NCBI RefSeq assembly: GCF_009914755.1
Contig: NC_060935.1
Source: the human T2T-CHM13v2.0 reference genome, Homo sapiens
Length of the DNA stretch: 64,000 nucleotides
Reading direction: 5' to 3' (one strand)
Translations under genes and position numbers: made by a program
Notes under the pieces: model-generated
Told to the model about the DNA's origin: nothing
Database searches by the model: none
The model's input: only the letters and a program-made list of their open reading frames with translations
In this document: in pieces, positions 44,753-63,587 of the stretch
Layout: each line of letters starts with the position of its first letter
Position numbering within the stretch: the first letter of the stretch is position 1

Positions 44753-46019
44753 GATATAGGACAAATGGTATTGAACCAAACTCGCTACAGGCTTCCTTCT
44801 GATACCCAGATCAGCTTTGGATCAATCTTATTTTTAGGAGAGAAAACTACAAACATTATTATTTATGAGTCTGTGATTCTACATGTCATTCTTTTCTTTC
44901 TTCTTTCACCTGAAATGAGAATAGCGCAAACTGAGGAAATTAATCAGTGGCAAATAATTTAGATATTACTGATCTTGAATGTATCATTGGCAAAGTCAAA
45001 TTGTGTGTGAACTCCCGGCTCCCCCACAACCTTATTGTTAAATGGAATTTTTTTGTTTGTTTTGTTTTGTTTTTCATTAGTGCTAAAAAAAAAAAAAAAG
45101 AAAAAAAAAAGAAAAAAAAACTTTGCCTAAACTTTCTGTTTTTTATCTAAATCTAGGAGAGTGGAACATGGAACATGTTTTCATATTCTAGTTATTACTA
45201 ATTACAGTAATTGTGTTTTGAGGGTGACCCTTGTGATTGATTTTTTTCTCCTACTGGTGTTATGGCATGAAAAGAAAACAAGAAGAGGCAATTAGGGAAA
45301 CCTAAAGGACCATGGAACTTCTTCTGCTTTCCAGTAAATTCAAGAACTCACTCAAGTTAGTATATATCTCCTAGGTGATTTGAAATATTTTACCAGCCAC
45401 TAGATATATTTTATGTATCTTTAAAAAAAAACATATTTTCACCTGTAAAGGGAAAGGTGTGATGTATTACGAAGACTTAAGCATGCAGAGGTAGACTGAA
45501 CTGAAGAAAAAAGCTGAAGACTGAAGAACGAAATCACCACATAAGTTACAGTGTGGACCGGAAGCTTGAATTTCACTGGATTTTCTAAACCCAAGGTTTA
45601 GAAAGCCTTGATTTACATTTTGGGTGGGGGATATTTTTACTTTTAGTTATTTCAGAATTATACTGCCAACAGTTTTTATTGCCTTGGAAATGAAGCCTCA
45701 GTAAAGAATAATATAAAACTCATGTATTTTCGCTCCATTGTATAATTTCTTCCCATAAAATTTTCTGGTTTAGAAACTTCTAGATCTGTAATACATTTGC
45801 TTCAGGAAAGGAGAGAGTTTATTTTTCAGTGGCAGGGTAACTGTTTTTATATGGGAGTCCTCCAGGTAGCTCCCAGAGGAACACTGTTATTCAGATGCGT
45901 ATGTACATCCTGGCTTTGATTATCCCTAGCTTTGCAGTTTAGTTTGAAATGAATATACTGTGTATTCTCTTTATTCTCATGTCAATCCAGAGGTTTACCT
46001 TTGATTTCCAGAGGGAGCA

Positions 46020-46270
46020 CAGGAAAGTGATTAATAGCACTACCTCGGGAGCCAAGCTGAAAGGGTTTGAATCTCTGCCACATCCTATTTGTGTGACCTT
46101 GGAAGGTTCCTTACCCTCTCTGTGTTTCAATTTCCTCAGCTGCAAAATGGAGATAATTGTTATTGTTCACTTCATAAGATGACAGTTAAGATTAAGTGAG
46201 TTAATACTAGTAAAGCTTACAGCATATTGCCTGGCACATAATAAGTACTTTGTGAATATTTGCTATTATC
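46020..46270 (+). mobile_element. MIR (near full length)
   Basis: gggtttgaatctctgcc...tgtgtgaccttggaaggttccttaccctctctgtgtttcaatttcctcagctgcaaaatggagataat...gcctggcacataataag. Confidence 0.8.
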
Positions 46271-47451
46271 ATTAATTTTATAAAACTTTAAGCTAAGACT
46301 TAACTTTTAAAATAAAATTTTGTTTATAAATGTGCTGTCTACAACTTTTTATTAAACTGGGGTAATCTCAAATTAGGAAGATTATAAAAATGAAATAGTA
46401 TTTACTTTGTAGATTACCTTTTATTTATGTATAAACAGTATGAGTCCACCAGCCTTTTGGTTGTTACAGGGGATAAACTTGGAATGTGAAGAGCTACGCA
46501 GAAAGTAGCTTTCTTTGTCTCATCTAGGGATTTCAAGATTTTAAAGAAAGGAGTTCCGTCCCTTCTAGTTGAGTCTCTAATTCATTCCCTGGGGTGCTTA
46601 ATAGAGAGATCGACTTCTAAGAGTTAGGGTTACCCCGTAGCACTTTACAAAGAGCCTCAGGGGGCTTCTTGCTCAAAGGAAGCAAGGCTGGTTTCTTGAT
46701 GCCGGGCGAGAGGATGAGTTTTCAGAAGTAGCAGACCACACTCATTACTGCCCCTTTTCTCTCAGCTGGAAAAGAAAAAAAGACAAGAGGCAGATAACCT
46801 CATAGCTTAGCACTGAAGTATCAACTGATCTCTAGGGGCGTTTGATATGACAAGCACAATCATTTGATCCTTCCCTTTGGATGAGTTCAGGCCAATGTCC
46901 CTGTATACATTGAGAAAAATTACTACAAATCAGGGGAACAGGTTAGTAAACCCAGGATTATAATCATATTCTTTATTTTAGTTAAAAATAAATCTACAGA
47001 TTTGTTTTCTTCCAATTGGGAGATTTGCAGTTTGTTTTATTAGTACTGTGATTGAGTAATGCTGGTAAAAAAGTACTTTTCTAAAAAAGTACAAAGTTCA
47101 TTTTGACAAGTATATATTAAGCAAGCAGTGTGTCAGGCATTGTACCCGTCCATGGGTGTCCTAGAAAAGCATACAGTCCAGAGCAGAAGGAGACATGAAA
47201 CAGATAATTTTGGAACAATATTAGCGATTTATTAGTAACACAGAGCAGGTAATTCTAATGTCTCGCTTGAAAAACACCTCTAGAGAGGAAGTCTTTGGGA
47301 AGGTTCAGCACAGAGAATGATTTTTATGTTCATCTTGATTTTTGTGAAGCAGGTGGCATTAAAGTTTATGTATGAACAAAAAGGGTGAATTTTTCTATAT
47401 GTAACTAATAACTGAGTAAAGCTGAATTACACAAATAAAACGTCAATATCT

Positions 47452-47746
47452 GGGCCAGGCCTGGTGGTAAAGTGATCACAGTACTTTGGGAGGCCAAGGT
47501 GGGCAGATCACTTGAGGCCGGGAGTTCGAGACCAGCCTGGCCAACATGTCAAAACCCCGTCTGTACTAAAAATACAAAAATTAGCTGTGTGTGGTGGTGT
47601 ATGCCTGTAATCTGAGCTACTCGGGAGGCTGAGACACAGAATTGCTTGAAACCGGGAGGCAGAGGTTGCAGTGAGCCAAGATTGTGCCACTGCACTCCAC
47701 CCTGGGTGACAGGGTGAGATCCTATCTAAAAAAAAAAAAAAAAAAA
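47452..47746 (+). mobile_element. AluS
   Basis: Dimer with A-tail; 5' part altered. Confidence 0.9.
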
Positions 47747-47924
47747 GTAAATATCTGTATTTTTCAATTAATGAAACAGGTATAAACCAGGCTTACATGT
47801 AACCATATTGAAGTCAACAGGCTGATGTGTAAAAACACAGGAGAAGTGTATCATGGCCGCCTCATTGTTAGAATGCTATGCAGAAGAAGAGTGAACTTAA
47901 ATTCTTCCTATCCTGAAAGGGCTC

Positions 47925-49595
<1,671 letters not shown>

Positions 49596-49972
49596 AAATT
49601 CTCCCCATGCTTAGGTCCTGCTGAACCACTTGGGAAATGCTGGTTTGGCTATAGCAGAGGCTTAGTAGAATGAAATAGATGAGCTCAGTACCACTCATGG
49701 AAAAATAATTCAAAGGGCATTTCTTATCAATAGTGGCTCAGAACATCACACACACAGCTATGATTTGCTAAACACAGATTGTCTAATTAACAGCAAATAG
49801 AACATTAACAAGTGGGTCTCCTTTAAAACAAAGCTACTTGACTTTAAAAAGAAACAGTAATTTTTCATTTTCTATATAAAACATTTAGCATAGTTATTTA
49901 ATGAATATTCTGTGAATAATGAGTTAAATAGCATTTGCACAGGCTTCTTCTGCCACCCAAAGCCATTTTTGG

Positions 49973-50062
49973 TGTTTCCTGTTTGGGGGACAGATAATGA
50001 GATCTAATTGTTATCTTTGTTTCCTGTTTGGGGGACAGACAATTAGAACTAATGGTTATTTT
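49973..50062. repeat. 45-bp tandem duplication (diverged)
   Basis: tgtttcctgtttgggggacagataatgagatctaattgttatctt versus tgtttcctgtttgggggacagacaattagaactaatggttatttt. Confidence 0.9.
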
Positions 50063-50929
50063 CCTTCCCTTCACTTTTCCCATTCAATCAGCAAGTCCAG
50101 TTGATTCTACCTTCTAAATATTTTTTACTTCTGTTCAGTTCTCTCCCTCCCCACAGTCATCATCCCAGTTCAGGTCACACCAACTTGCGAGAATTTATTT
50201 TAACAGTCTCTTAAGTGATTCTTCACTTGACAAAATGATCTTTTACTTTAGAGGAGAACATAATAAGAATGACAAAATTATAATACTAATAATAAATACT
50301 ACTCACTGAATGTATATTAAATACCTGTAACTATGCTGAGTGCCTTACATGCTTTGGTTCTTTTAATCCTTAGAACAATCCTACAAGCTAATTTAATTAC
50401 TTACCCCATTTAATCCTAGAGAGGTCAAGCAACTTGTCTAAAGCTGCCACTTGGCTAGTGGTAGATCCTAGACAAGAACTTTGTCTCCAAAACTTGTGCT
50501 CTCAACCACCATGCACACTCCCTGCCATATCTGCCAAATTTTCTCTTAATAGGAAGGCTCTTTTACTGTATTAAACTATGCTGCGTTACTCAGCACAATA
50601 TTGGACACATAAACATTCAAGAAGTTTTTACAAGGGATAAATTCAAGAACTATTATGTAAAGAACGGGGAGTTAAAGTATTATTTCACTTATCTCACATC
50701 ATTATGAAATAAAATTTTTTTCAGGTAAGCCAATTTTATAGTTAACTGAAATCAAACCACTTAACAGTACAGAATTGTTAAAAATTTAGATAAACTATTT
50801 CTAAAATGCAATCCATTCTTTACTACCTTAGTTGCATGAGAGTTCTTTTTCAATCATATCCTAATGACAAAGAGCTTTTGTTATGAACAAGTGTCATATA
50901 TGCTACTTATTTAGTAATTCCTTCTGAAC

Positions 50930-54000
<3,071 letters not shown>

Positions 54001-55169
54001 CCAAATTAAATTAAAATTTGGATTCATTTAGAAAAAACACAAAAGTACAAAGGATAATATATGTTCCCACCACTCAAAATGAATAAACGTTATTTTCCTT
54101 TTATTTTGCCTCAGATATATTTTAAGAAATAAAACACACAAAGTTGAGAAGATCATTTTTCTCCTTCCAATCCTAAACCCCACCTCTCTTCCCAAAAGCA
54201 ACCACAGTCTTAAATTGGTGTATAGACAGTTTTTTCAAGCATGTATGGAATATTTACAGAAATAAACGTGTTAAATAAGAGACTGGCTTTTATTCGAGCT
54301 AAGTATGAGTTCCCACACTCTGGGCTGTTCTAGTTGGCAATGTGTCTCTGCCCGCAGCTCTTTTTCGAATGTATATTCGTTTCCTTGCATTTCTGCTGCA
54401 GTGGATGTTCCATTTCTCTCTTTTCTCATGAGATAACTTCTCTCCACTTGCAGACACTCTCTCTTCTATAGTCTGTTTTATCCCCTCTCATCCTAACTTG
54501 CTGCTTTGCAGGCTGCTCCTAGTGTCTTCCTTATCAAAAGGAAGAAGGCTGATAACCTGATGTACACTTTGTGAAAGCAAATCATAAACCAAAAAGTGCC
54601 ATGCAAATATCAAATCTCACTGCTCTGTTCACAGTGCCAAAAGACAATGGGGCCTGGGGCATCATTCATTTCTTTGTAGTATCTTGCGCTTTAAGTGATT
54701 CTTGAGCTTGAGCTCTTTAACAGTTGTCTTTTATCTTGAAGTTAGTTGGTTCCAGTTATTTTTGAGTTGTACTTCTACAAAGTTGGGGCCGCCAGATACT
54801 AGACTATTGGATATCTGGAAATCCAGTTGGTTAATTTTATTGTTCTTCATTTTTATTTTTCTTAGGAATACTATTCCTAAAGATATAGGAACAATACCCA
54901 AAATAAAGGAAAAGACTGATATTGAAGAGATTGCTCATGAAATTCATAATTTCTCCAGCAAGTGACTTAAAATGAAAGGCTAATTGTATTAATATAAAGT
55001 CTATACCTGTAACCTCTATCCATTGAATTGCATTGCTCTGTGGGCAGTTCTGTTGATAATGTTCTGGGTGGCTGGCATGTTAACTGCTTGCCTCAGTAAG
55101 CAGAAATTTTTGGTTTGCAGCTTCCAGCCTTATTAGTAAATATACCTAATATCTAATTTCTTCCCACAG

Positions 55170-55254
55170 TTGACACTTACTTTGACAAAGGCAAATTTGG
55201 AAGCAATTACTTGAGGACAGTTCATATAGCATCTGGACAGTCAACACGGGCACC
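55170..55254 (+). other. ELMOD1: ELMOD1 exon 2, 5'UTR part (85 nt)
   Basis: Branch-like ctaat and acceptor ttcttcccacag|T at 55169/55170. Confidence 0.9.
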
Positions 55255-55271
55255 ATGAAGCACTTCCTGAG
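55255..55271 (+). CDS. ELMOD1: ELMOD1 (ELMO domain-containing 1, ARF-family GAP) first coding segment M-K-H-F-L-(R), phase-2 donor
   Basis: Kozak gcaccATGa; ATG AAG CAC TTC CTG AG|gtatgt; matches the ELMOD1 N-terminus MKHFLR(MLIQV...) as I recall it. The remaining coding exons lie beyond the window. Confidence 0.9.
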
Positions 55272-57650
55272 GTATGTGTTTACGGTTCCCTGGCTGAGCC
55301 CTCTGCAGTGGGAGAAACCTCCTCACTGGTTAGGGTAATATTACCAGTCATCGTTTGTGATCCTGTGACCAGGACTCCTAAGATTCTGTGAAATAGCACT
55401 GCATTTTTGCTAAGAATAACTTGGCCATGAGATTCCTCTGCTAACTCTATATGCGTGCTGATGATAAGACAGAGCACTTGTAGATGGCGAGAGAGTGTGG
55501 GCACAAAAGCATGGCACTTTAGACAGCCCTGGTGCCATGTGTCTCTGCACAGTGGTACACCGCTGGCCTGAAAGGTTTAAGGAAATAGCTGTCAATGAAT
55601 CACTTAATACAATTTGTGTAAAATCATTTTCTGGAAATAAGTATCCTTTTAAATATCCTTTAATTTAGATTTTGGTTGGCTGGCCAATCCATATGGGCAT
55701 TTTAAAATTTTGTGGGCGGTCAAACTATATGTTCTAAGCTTCCGCTCTTCTTACCTCAGTGATGTCTCTGAAATTTGTATCAATTGTTGGTTCCCTGAAG
55801 ATTGTGCTGGACAGAGTATGCCATAAATTGGTATGTTTGGGGTGATCTTTTTTAGTTTTGAAAAGCATTTGACTGGACCTAAAGTTATAATTATTTTCAA
55901 GAGTATTGACTGTCATTCAGTTGTCTATTAATGGAATTCCCAGATAAATTTTGCATAATATTAAAATACGGCAAAATAAAGTTAGTCAGGTCCTGAATGT
56001 GAGAAAATACAACATACTTTCCAGAAGATCGGGCTTCTTTTCCTCAAGATGGTGACCTGCTTCTGTTACACATTCTTGTCTTTCACTCGGGCCTGTTTTC
56101 TCTAAGCAAATTAATAGGCTTGCATCTTTTAAGAAATGATTTGATTCCTACAATGGCCATAATTTAAGATCCACTGCCCCCCACCCCAGTGGTTTTGGTT
56201 CCATTGTTGTTTCTGGAGCACCCAGATCAGTTTGTGTGGGATTCACTGGGTTTTGATGCAGCTACTGGTAGTTTACTGGATCTTCGAATTGTGAAAACCT
56301 CTCAGGAAGTTACTGTGAAACAATTTATAGTCATCAGCATTTGTTTTATTGTACAGAATACTGTTTATCTTAGCTGTGTAAAAATATAGTATTTGAAAAA
56401 TCAGGAGGACATTTGCCAGCCAAGTATTTGACCTAATATGTTCTTGGTTGTCATGGTAATTAACTGATCTATCTATACATTCATGAAAATTTGGCATTTG
56501 TGCACACCTCCTGAATGTAAACATGGTGTCTTTCATCTGCAGAATCATGTTAACAGAAAGCTTTAGTGTGAGATGAAGCTTAGAATTTAGGAGCTCCCTT
56601 TGTAAAAGTGGTGATGATGGTGGTAAGGTTGCCAAGTCTTGTACTACTCAATTTCTTCCTCGATGTCTTATTTGTTTTAGAAAAACTTGAGCAGCCTCAA
56701 AACCAGTAATTTTAGGAAAAATAGTAGCCTTTGGTTCTGTTAGTTTTATTGTTAAACTGAATAGGTGCACAAAGAGTACATTTTTAAATTAATTTGTATA
56801 TGATGATTTAGAACTGGTACAGTGAAAATCTACCATTGTAATTTTGCATAGACTAGCACCAAGGGTTACAGAACCAACACATCCCTATTAGTTATGTGTT
56901 CTGATAAACATTTTTTTCATGTATCTTGGAGTGTATATTTTATAAATATTATATGGCATTGATTATTTATGTGAAACTAAAGCTAGGATAACAGATTGTA
57001 CATTAAAACAGAAACTTGAGGATTTTCATTGACCATTGGTTTTGAAATAATAAAAGGAAACTTGATCATTTCCCTTCTTTAGTTGATTTATTTTCTGTAG
57101 TCCATTTCCACAGATGTTGGACGATTTTGGCAATCTTTTCATTTGAACCAAAGAGAAGGTTATGTAAGCAAAGCCTGAATGAATCAGATGTTAATTCCTG
57201 AGCTCAGCAAATGTATTATGGAGAATGAGGAGCTGACTTTTCACTGGGAAGAATTCAGCATTATTTAAAAGCCCATGCAGTGATTAATCTGTCAACTTCT
57301 GAGATGTTCTAGAATGAAATGCTCCATGCACAGTCCCAGAAGAAATTAGGTTAACCTTAGAGAAACCAGGTTGTGGGAAAAAATGGATTTTGATCTACAT
57401 TTAGGATACATGATACCCAATTGCTACCATCAGATATATTAATGGTATAAATATTCAGAGCAAAAAGGAATAGAGAAAATATTCAATGTATGTCAAAAAT
57501 TACATGAAATATAAGGAATAAATGCTATTTGATTAGTACACCTGGCTAAAATGTGTATTTTAAATTGAGGATAGAAATGGGATATTGGGTATGTATCCCC
57601 AGACCATCCAGTCTGACTTTAGCCATGATGTGCATGAAAAGAAAACATGA

Positions 57651-57959
57651 GGCTGGGCGTGGTGGCTCACGCCCGTAATCCCAGCATTTTGGGAGGCCTA
57701 GGCGGGCAGATCACGAGGTCAAGAGATCGAGACCATCCTGGCCAACATGGTGAAACCATCTCTACTAAAAATACAGAAATTAACTGGGTGTGGTGGCACA
57801 TGCCTGTAGTCCCAGTTACTTAGGAAGCTGAGGCAGGAGAATCGCTTGAACCAGGGAGTCAGAAGTTAAGGTGAGCCGAGATAATGCCACTGCATTCCAG
57901 CCTGGCAAAAGAGCGAGACTCCGTCTCAAAAACAAAAAAAAGAAGAGAAAAGAAAAAGA
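57651..57959 (+). mobile_element. AluSc-like
   Basis: gatcacgaggtcaagagatcgagaccatcctggcc; TSD aaaagaaaacatg. Confidence 0.9.
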
Positions 57960-58731
57960 AAACATGGGAAAACATGGATAACAAAACATATCTACATGTG
58001 ATCAGAAAAAGAAGGAACATTTTTTAAGTCCCAGCTAGAACAAAAGCTTAGGGTTTCATTTTTGTAATATATTTTACTAACTTTAATTCAGTTGATGTGT
58101 ATAACAGAGAAGTCTGAAAACTTGTGCTGAAGATCATTTCCCTCGTTGGGATTTAGTTATTGAGGTTATATTTTTTAAAGTTATCAGAACATGATTAATT
58201 TTGGAAATTAATAAAGGAAAATTTTAAAGTCACCCATGTAAATCATTGCTTCCAACTGTTCCAGTCTCAGAATCTCAGTTTCTTGGCCCTGCATCTCACC
58301 TCGTTATTTTCCTTCCTCCAGCAGAAAAGAGGAAAGGAAAATATCTGCCAAGCTCAAACCTCTGTGGGAGGAACTGAGCAATACAGCAGACTTATCCCAT
58401 GTCCCAACTTTGAGGCAATCAAGGGAAAAAACTATTTTTCTAGTATGATTAGGTAAATAAGGGCTTACAATTAGCAAAAATAACTACAAATTGGATTTTT
58501 AAGTCATTCATACTTGATTAATATCTTGGTCCACTAAGTCATTTAGTGTGCATTCATTGCTAATAATGCAAGTATTTATTCCACTTTCATTCTCTCTTCA
58601 TAGCAAATGTAATTAAGTAAGACATAACATCCCATTTTACAAAGGAGGACAAGGAGGCTTAGTAAAGTTAAGTGACTTCAACAAAGGCACATAGATGTTT
58701 GAATGCAGGCCTCTTTGACTTCCAAGCTGTT

Positions 58732-59148
<417 letters not shown>

Positions 59149-59989
59149 ATGAATGTGAGACGTCTCTGTTCCAAAGTAACACACCACCTGGTAAGAGACG
59201 AGGCGTATGCATACAAAACTAAGATATATAAAAGAATGCGATCAGTGACAGGTTATAAACATTTTGTGAAGGAATATTCAGGAAACGCTTCATTGAGACA
59301 ATGTTGAGAGAAAGGAAGGACTAGGATTTTAATATTTTAAAATAAGGATAGAAGATGTGGGATGCTGTAAACAAGGCCAAGAAGGCATGACTGGTGCCAT
59401 AAGCACTAGTGGTCCAAGTTTGTTAGATGTAGACCCTGTTTGGGGTGAGTAGAAGACAAGTTGCAAAAATCAAGTTAGGAGCAGTTCTTGGTCACCTTTG
59501 CAAGCACAGCATGAAGCAGCCCAGAGCATGGCAACATTTTCACCCCGACTTAAAGAGCACCTCAAAGAGGAAGGAGAATCGGATAAAAATATCTTTTCCC
59601 CTTCTAACATGTCTGGCCTTCGCTTAGAGCCAGACATCTAGTCCAATCCCTTCACCTTATGTGTGAGAAAGAAGAAACCCAGAGAAGCAAAGTAACCTCT
59701 CCAAAGTCACATAGTTCATTGAGGCAAATTCGGGCTAGACTCCAAGTCTGACTTTCAGACAAGTTAGTCAAACTTTTTATTCAGCATGACCCACTTTCCA
59801 TTGCTTTTGAAGAGCAGAAGGTGCAGGAACGTGTAGTTGTTCCAGAATTTGATTAGCATTGCTTGAGGCATTGACTGAGCTTGTGAGATATAGAAGCTAA
59901 GTCCTGAAAAAGGGAAAGTTTATGGCCTGTGCATCCAAATACCTCTCTCACTGTAGACTGGTACTTTTAGCTGTAGTGTTCTCTTTTCT

Positions 59990-60095
59990 ATGGTACATAC
60001 ATGTATGAGGTATATTTTTACATGTATGTGTGCATATATATGACACATACATATATAAACACACACAAATATGCACATATATATACACATATATA
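59990..60095. repeat. (TA/CA/TG)n low-complexity tract
   Basis: Read directly from the sequence. Confidence 0.85.
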
Positions 60096-60291
60096 TTTTT
60101 ATTATACTTTAAGTTTTAGGGTACATGTGCACAACGTGCAGGTTTGTTACATATGTATACATGTGCCATGTTGGTGTGCTGTACCCATTAACTCATCATT
60201 TAACATTAGGTATATCTCCTAATGCTATCCCTCCCCGATTCCCCCACCCCACAACAGGCCCCGGTGTGTGATGTTCCCCTTCCTGTGTCCA
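60096..60291 (-). mobile_element. Young L1PA (PA3-5-like) 3' UTR end, heavily 5'-truncated
   Basis: ttattatactttaagttttagggtacatgtgcacaacgtgcaggtttg...ggtgtgtgatgttccccttcctgtgtcc; TSD atacac(at/ac)atatatttt at 60083-60099 and 60291-60307. Confidence 0.9.
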
Positions 60292-61481
60292 TACACACAT
60301 ATATTTTAAATTATTTTGCTCCCTGCATTAAAACAAACAAAAGCTGTGTCCACACTCTCATTGAAATATGTTAACCTGCATCTTTTTCTAGGCAATCTCC
60401 TGTAGGTGACCTTCCCAGAGCCTGCCCATTGCCCTCAAGCTGTTGTCCGAGATCCTCTGGGAGCTGGATCACGTACATCCCAGCTCTCCCGCCCCTTGGC
60501 TTTCCCTCAGCTTTTCAGGGCCAACTCTTTGGCCACTTCACTGTTTGTTAAGCTCTTCCCGCAGAGCATGAGCAATATACCCGAAAGCCACGGGCACTCA
60601 ATAAATGTTAGTTTGAATTTCATTCATTTACTCATTGGAATTTTCACTTTTGTACTGAAGTGAGGAAAGCACGCTGATTTTCCAGGCTGTTCTGTCTGTC
60701 TCTGTGGGATGGTGGAGCTGGCTTTCCTGTCCAACCTGAGAGGAACGTACTGTCTCTCTCTCCTCTGCCTCTCCAACACCCTGGGTGTTTTGCTTTTATA
60801 GAATTGTCACACTGTTTTTCAACTTTCTGTTTTTACTGTCCTTTTCCTTGCTAGACTACAAGCTCCTTGTGGACAGGGAGGTCATATGGCTTGCTGTGAA
60901 AATAAGTTCTTGACTCATGTTCACTTTTTCCACTGCCATATCTCCCACTCTCATTTCTTCTGTACTGCACGGTCAGTCTTATTTTGTATTTGGCTCTATG
61001 AAGGAATAAATAAAATAAATTGAAATACCTTTCAATTGTCATTTTTCATTTCCCCCCAACTTATTTCAAATCTCTTTCTTTCAGCTGCTCTAGGTCTTTA
61101 ACAAAAATTAATTTGTTCACAATACTGAGCATGTCCTCTAACTAGGTTGTTTAAATTTTTTTTGAATTATATTATGTAGCAAATTTATAATAATAACAGG
61201 CCTATTTCTTATCCCCTATAGAATATTTTGAACCCTATAATTGATGATGGAGCATGAATAATACCTTTGATGACTTTATTTATATGTTTACTTAATTTGG
61301 GTTGCCTTAAAAATATTTTTATTTACCAATAAAAGTTTATATTTGAGGTTGCATTTAAATACTTTTAAAATGTCAAAGTATAATGTGTTATAATGTGTTC
61401 ATTGTTTCTCCTTATAAATAAGTCAATAAAAGTATTATCCAAAGAGTAAAACATAACCTGATTTTAAAAAATAAATCTTGT

Positions 61482-61762
61482 AGCCAGGCACGGCGGCTCA
61501 TGCCTATAATCCTAGCACTTTGGGAGGCTGAGGCAGGCAGATTGCTCAAGCCCATGAGTTCAAGACCAGCTTGGGCAACACAGCAAGACCCCATCTTTAT
61601 AGAAAATACAAAAATTAGCTGAGCATGGTGGCGCGTACCTGTAGTCCCAGCTACAGGGGAGGCTGAGGTAGGAGGACCACCTGAGCCCAGAGAGGTCGAG
61701 GCTGCTTCAGCCTAGGCAACAGAGTAAGACCGTGTCTTGACAAATAAATAAATAGAAATAAA
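61482..61762 (+). mobile_element. AluJ with internal deletion
   Basis: Dimer; right arm reads gaggctgcttcagcctagg; TSD-like aaataaatctt. Confidence 0.85.
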
Positions 61763-62509
61763 TCTTATAAAGTGTATTTAATCATCAAAATTTTGGTTGA
61801 ATAATGTTGTTGTTAGTAAATTAAGAGAAACCTGTACCTCCTTTTCTTTGAAAGGAAAGGGTTACACTATTAATTAATTTATTTTAATTATTACACAATC
61901 AACTAGTGCTCTCTAAGCCTTCAGATACAATTTCCCTGGAATATATTATAAAAAGAGTGCCCTTTGCTACAGCAGTATAATTTTGAATAACATTGATCTA
62001 TGATAGATATATAACCACCAATCCCCTTAATTTTTACTTTTTCGGAAGTTAGTGTGATCTCTTCAGAAAAAGAATAATGTGAAAAAACCACAGGGCCCCA
62101 CACTATCTGGGCGTGGGATCTTGGAACCTCTCCCCTGCTCTACAGGAAGGAAATACTCTTGTTTTCCTAGAGACCCACGGATGGTTTCTTTGTGTGATTT
62201 CACATTTCCAGTTCATGTACCAAGTCCTCTGCAGCCTCTCTTCCTAGTAGAGAGCTCTTATACGGATGGTCCCATTTACTAGGCAAAGTACCTATTGATA
62301 AGTTAATTCCCAACCGATTGTCAGTGCCCCTACTTAGGAACTTCAGTGGAGCAACTAAATGATCTGTCGGGGACATTGAGCCGCTTGCTCTTCTTTATGA
62401 CATTTAGATGAAAAGTATTTCATTTGGGAAACTGTGGTTTGAACCAAGAACTGTGATTATTTTTGTACATATCTTTCATCAACAATAGTGTACTTTTTAT
62501 TTATTACAG

Positions 62510-62645
62510 GATTTCTTCAAGCAAGAATTAACTTTCATTAGCACATTCATTGAAACTGTTCAAAATAAGCCACTTTTCTCTTACTGTTCCAAAAGAAGAC
62601 GTCAGAGTCACAAATTTAGGATGATGGCATAGTGTTGCATTACAG
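62510..62645 (+). other. ELMOD1: Candidate ELMOD1 alternative (cassette) exon, 136 nt
   Basis: Acceptor tactttttatttattacag|G; donor CAG|GTACCC; non-repeat sequence in intron 2; in-frame TAA at 62529-62531. Confidence 0.5.
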
Positions 62646-63587
62646 GTACCCACACCCCCTCACCCCACAGGCAAGGGGCTACATGGTTTTAGGCGCATTT
62701 CCTGTTTTGAAAGCCCCATCCCTCCTGAATGGATTCCTCTAACAAAGCGCCACAAGACCGGAGGTTGCTTTTGTTTGGTAGCAGAGATATGATCCATTTC
62801 GAATAATTTACATTGGGTGGCTATTCTGGTTCAAACTAGAGAATGAATGTTAAATAATAAACGTGATCATAATTGCTTTATGGAAGAACACTGCTGTGAA
62901 CTCAGCCATAAACATCACTCTGCAGCATATTAATAAAAGGCAGTAACAGAAAAGATTGGAAATGGAGCATGTGTAGTAGCTCTTATTATTGAATCAGATT
63001 CTCCCAGTGTTTAAGCAAGGCATTCATCTTAGGAAGCTACAGTAACTCTTTCTGGAACACTATCAAAAAGCTGTGATTAAAAAACAGAAATAAACAAAAA
63101 AACTGCTGCCTATGCATGTAGTTATTAGAAAGAGGAGGTGGTGATCAGTATTTTCTCCATCTAGTCTTGAGGATTTAATTGTTGTTCCTACAAAATCTAA
63201 CAGATTATTTTTAGTAGTGAGTCAAGAATCTTCCATCAAAATGAAGAAAACTAAGTCTAGTGTTATGAAGAAGAAAAGCGAATATTGCCCAATTAAAACT
63301 AAGCTTATTGGTTTCCTGATTCAGCCTAGGAGGGAAAGGAGCAGAGCCATAAACCCCCTGAGCAGAGGGTTCAGAAGGTGAGGAGGGTGTGAAACAGGAG
63401 GTTGAGATTAGTGCTGGTACAAGAGACAGTAAGTGGGTTCTGTCTCACAGGTACATTTGAAATGCCTCCTCCCAAAGCATGCAGTCATGAAAAAAAAAAA
63501 AAAAAAGGACATAAAACAAATGAAATTAAAAGGAGGAAAGGGTACAATGAATCCCAAAATCCTTAAACTCAAATAAGAAACAGATAC

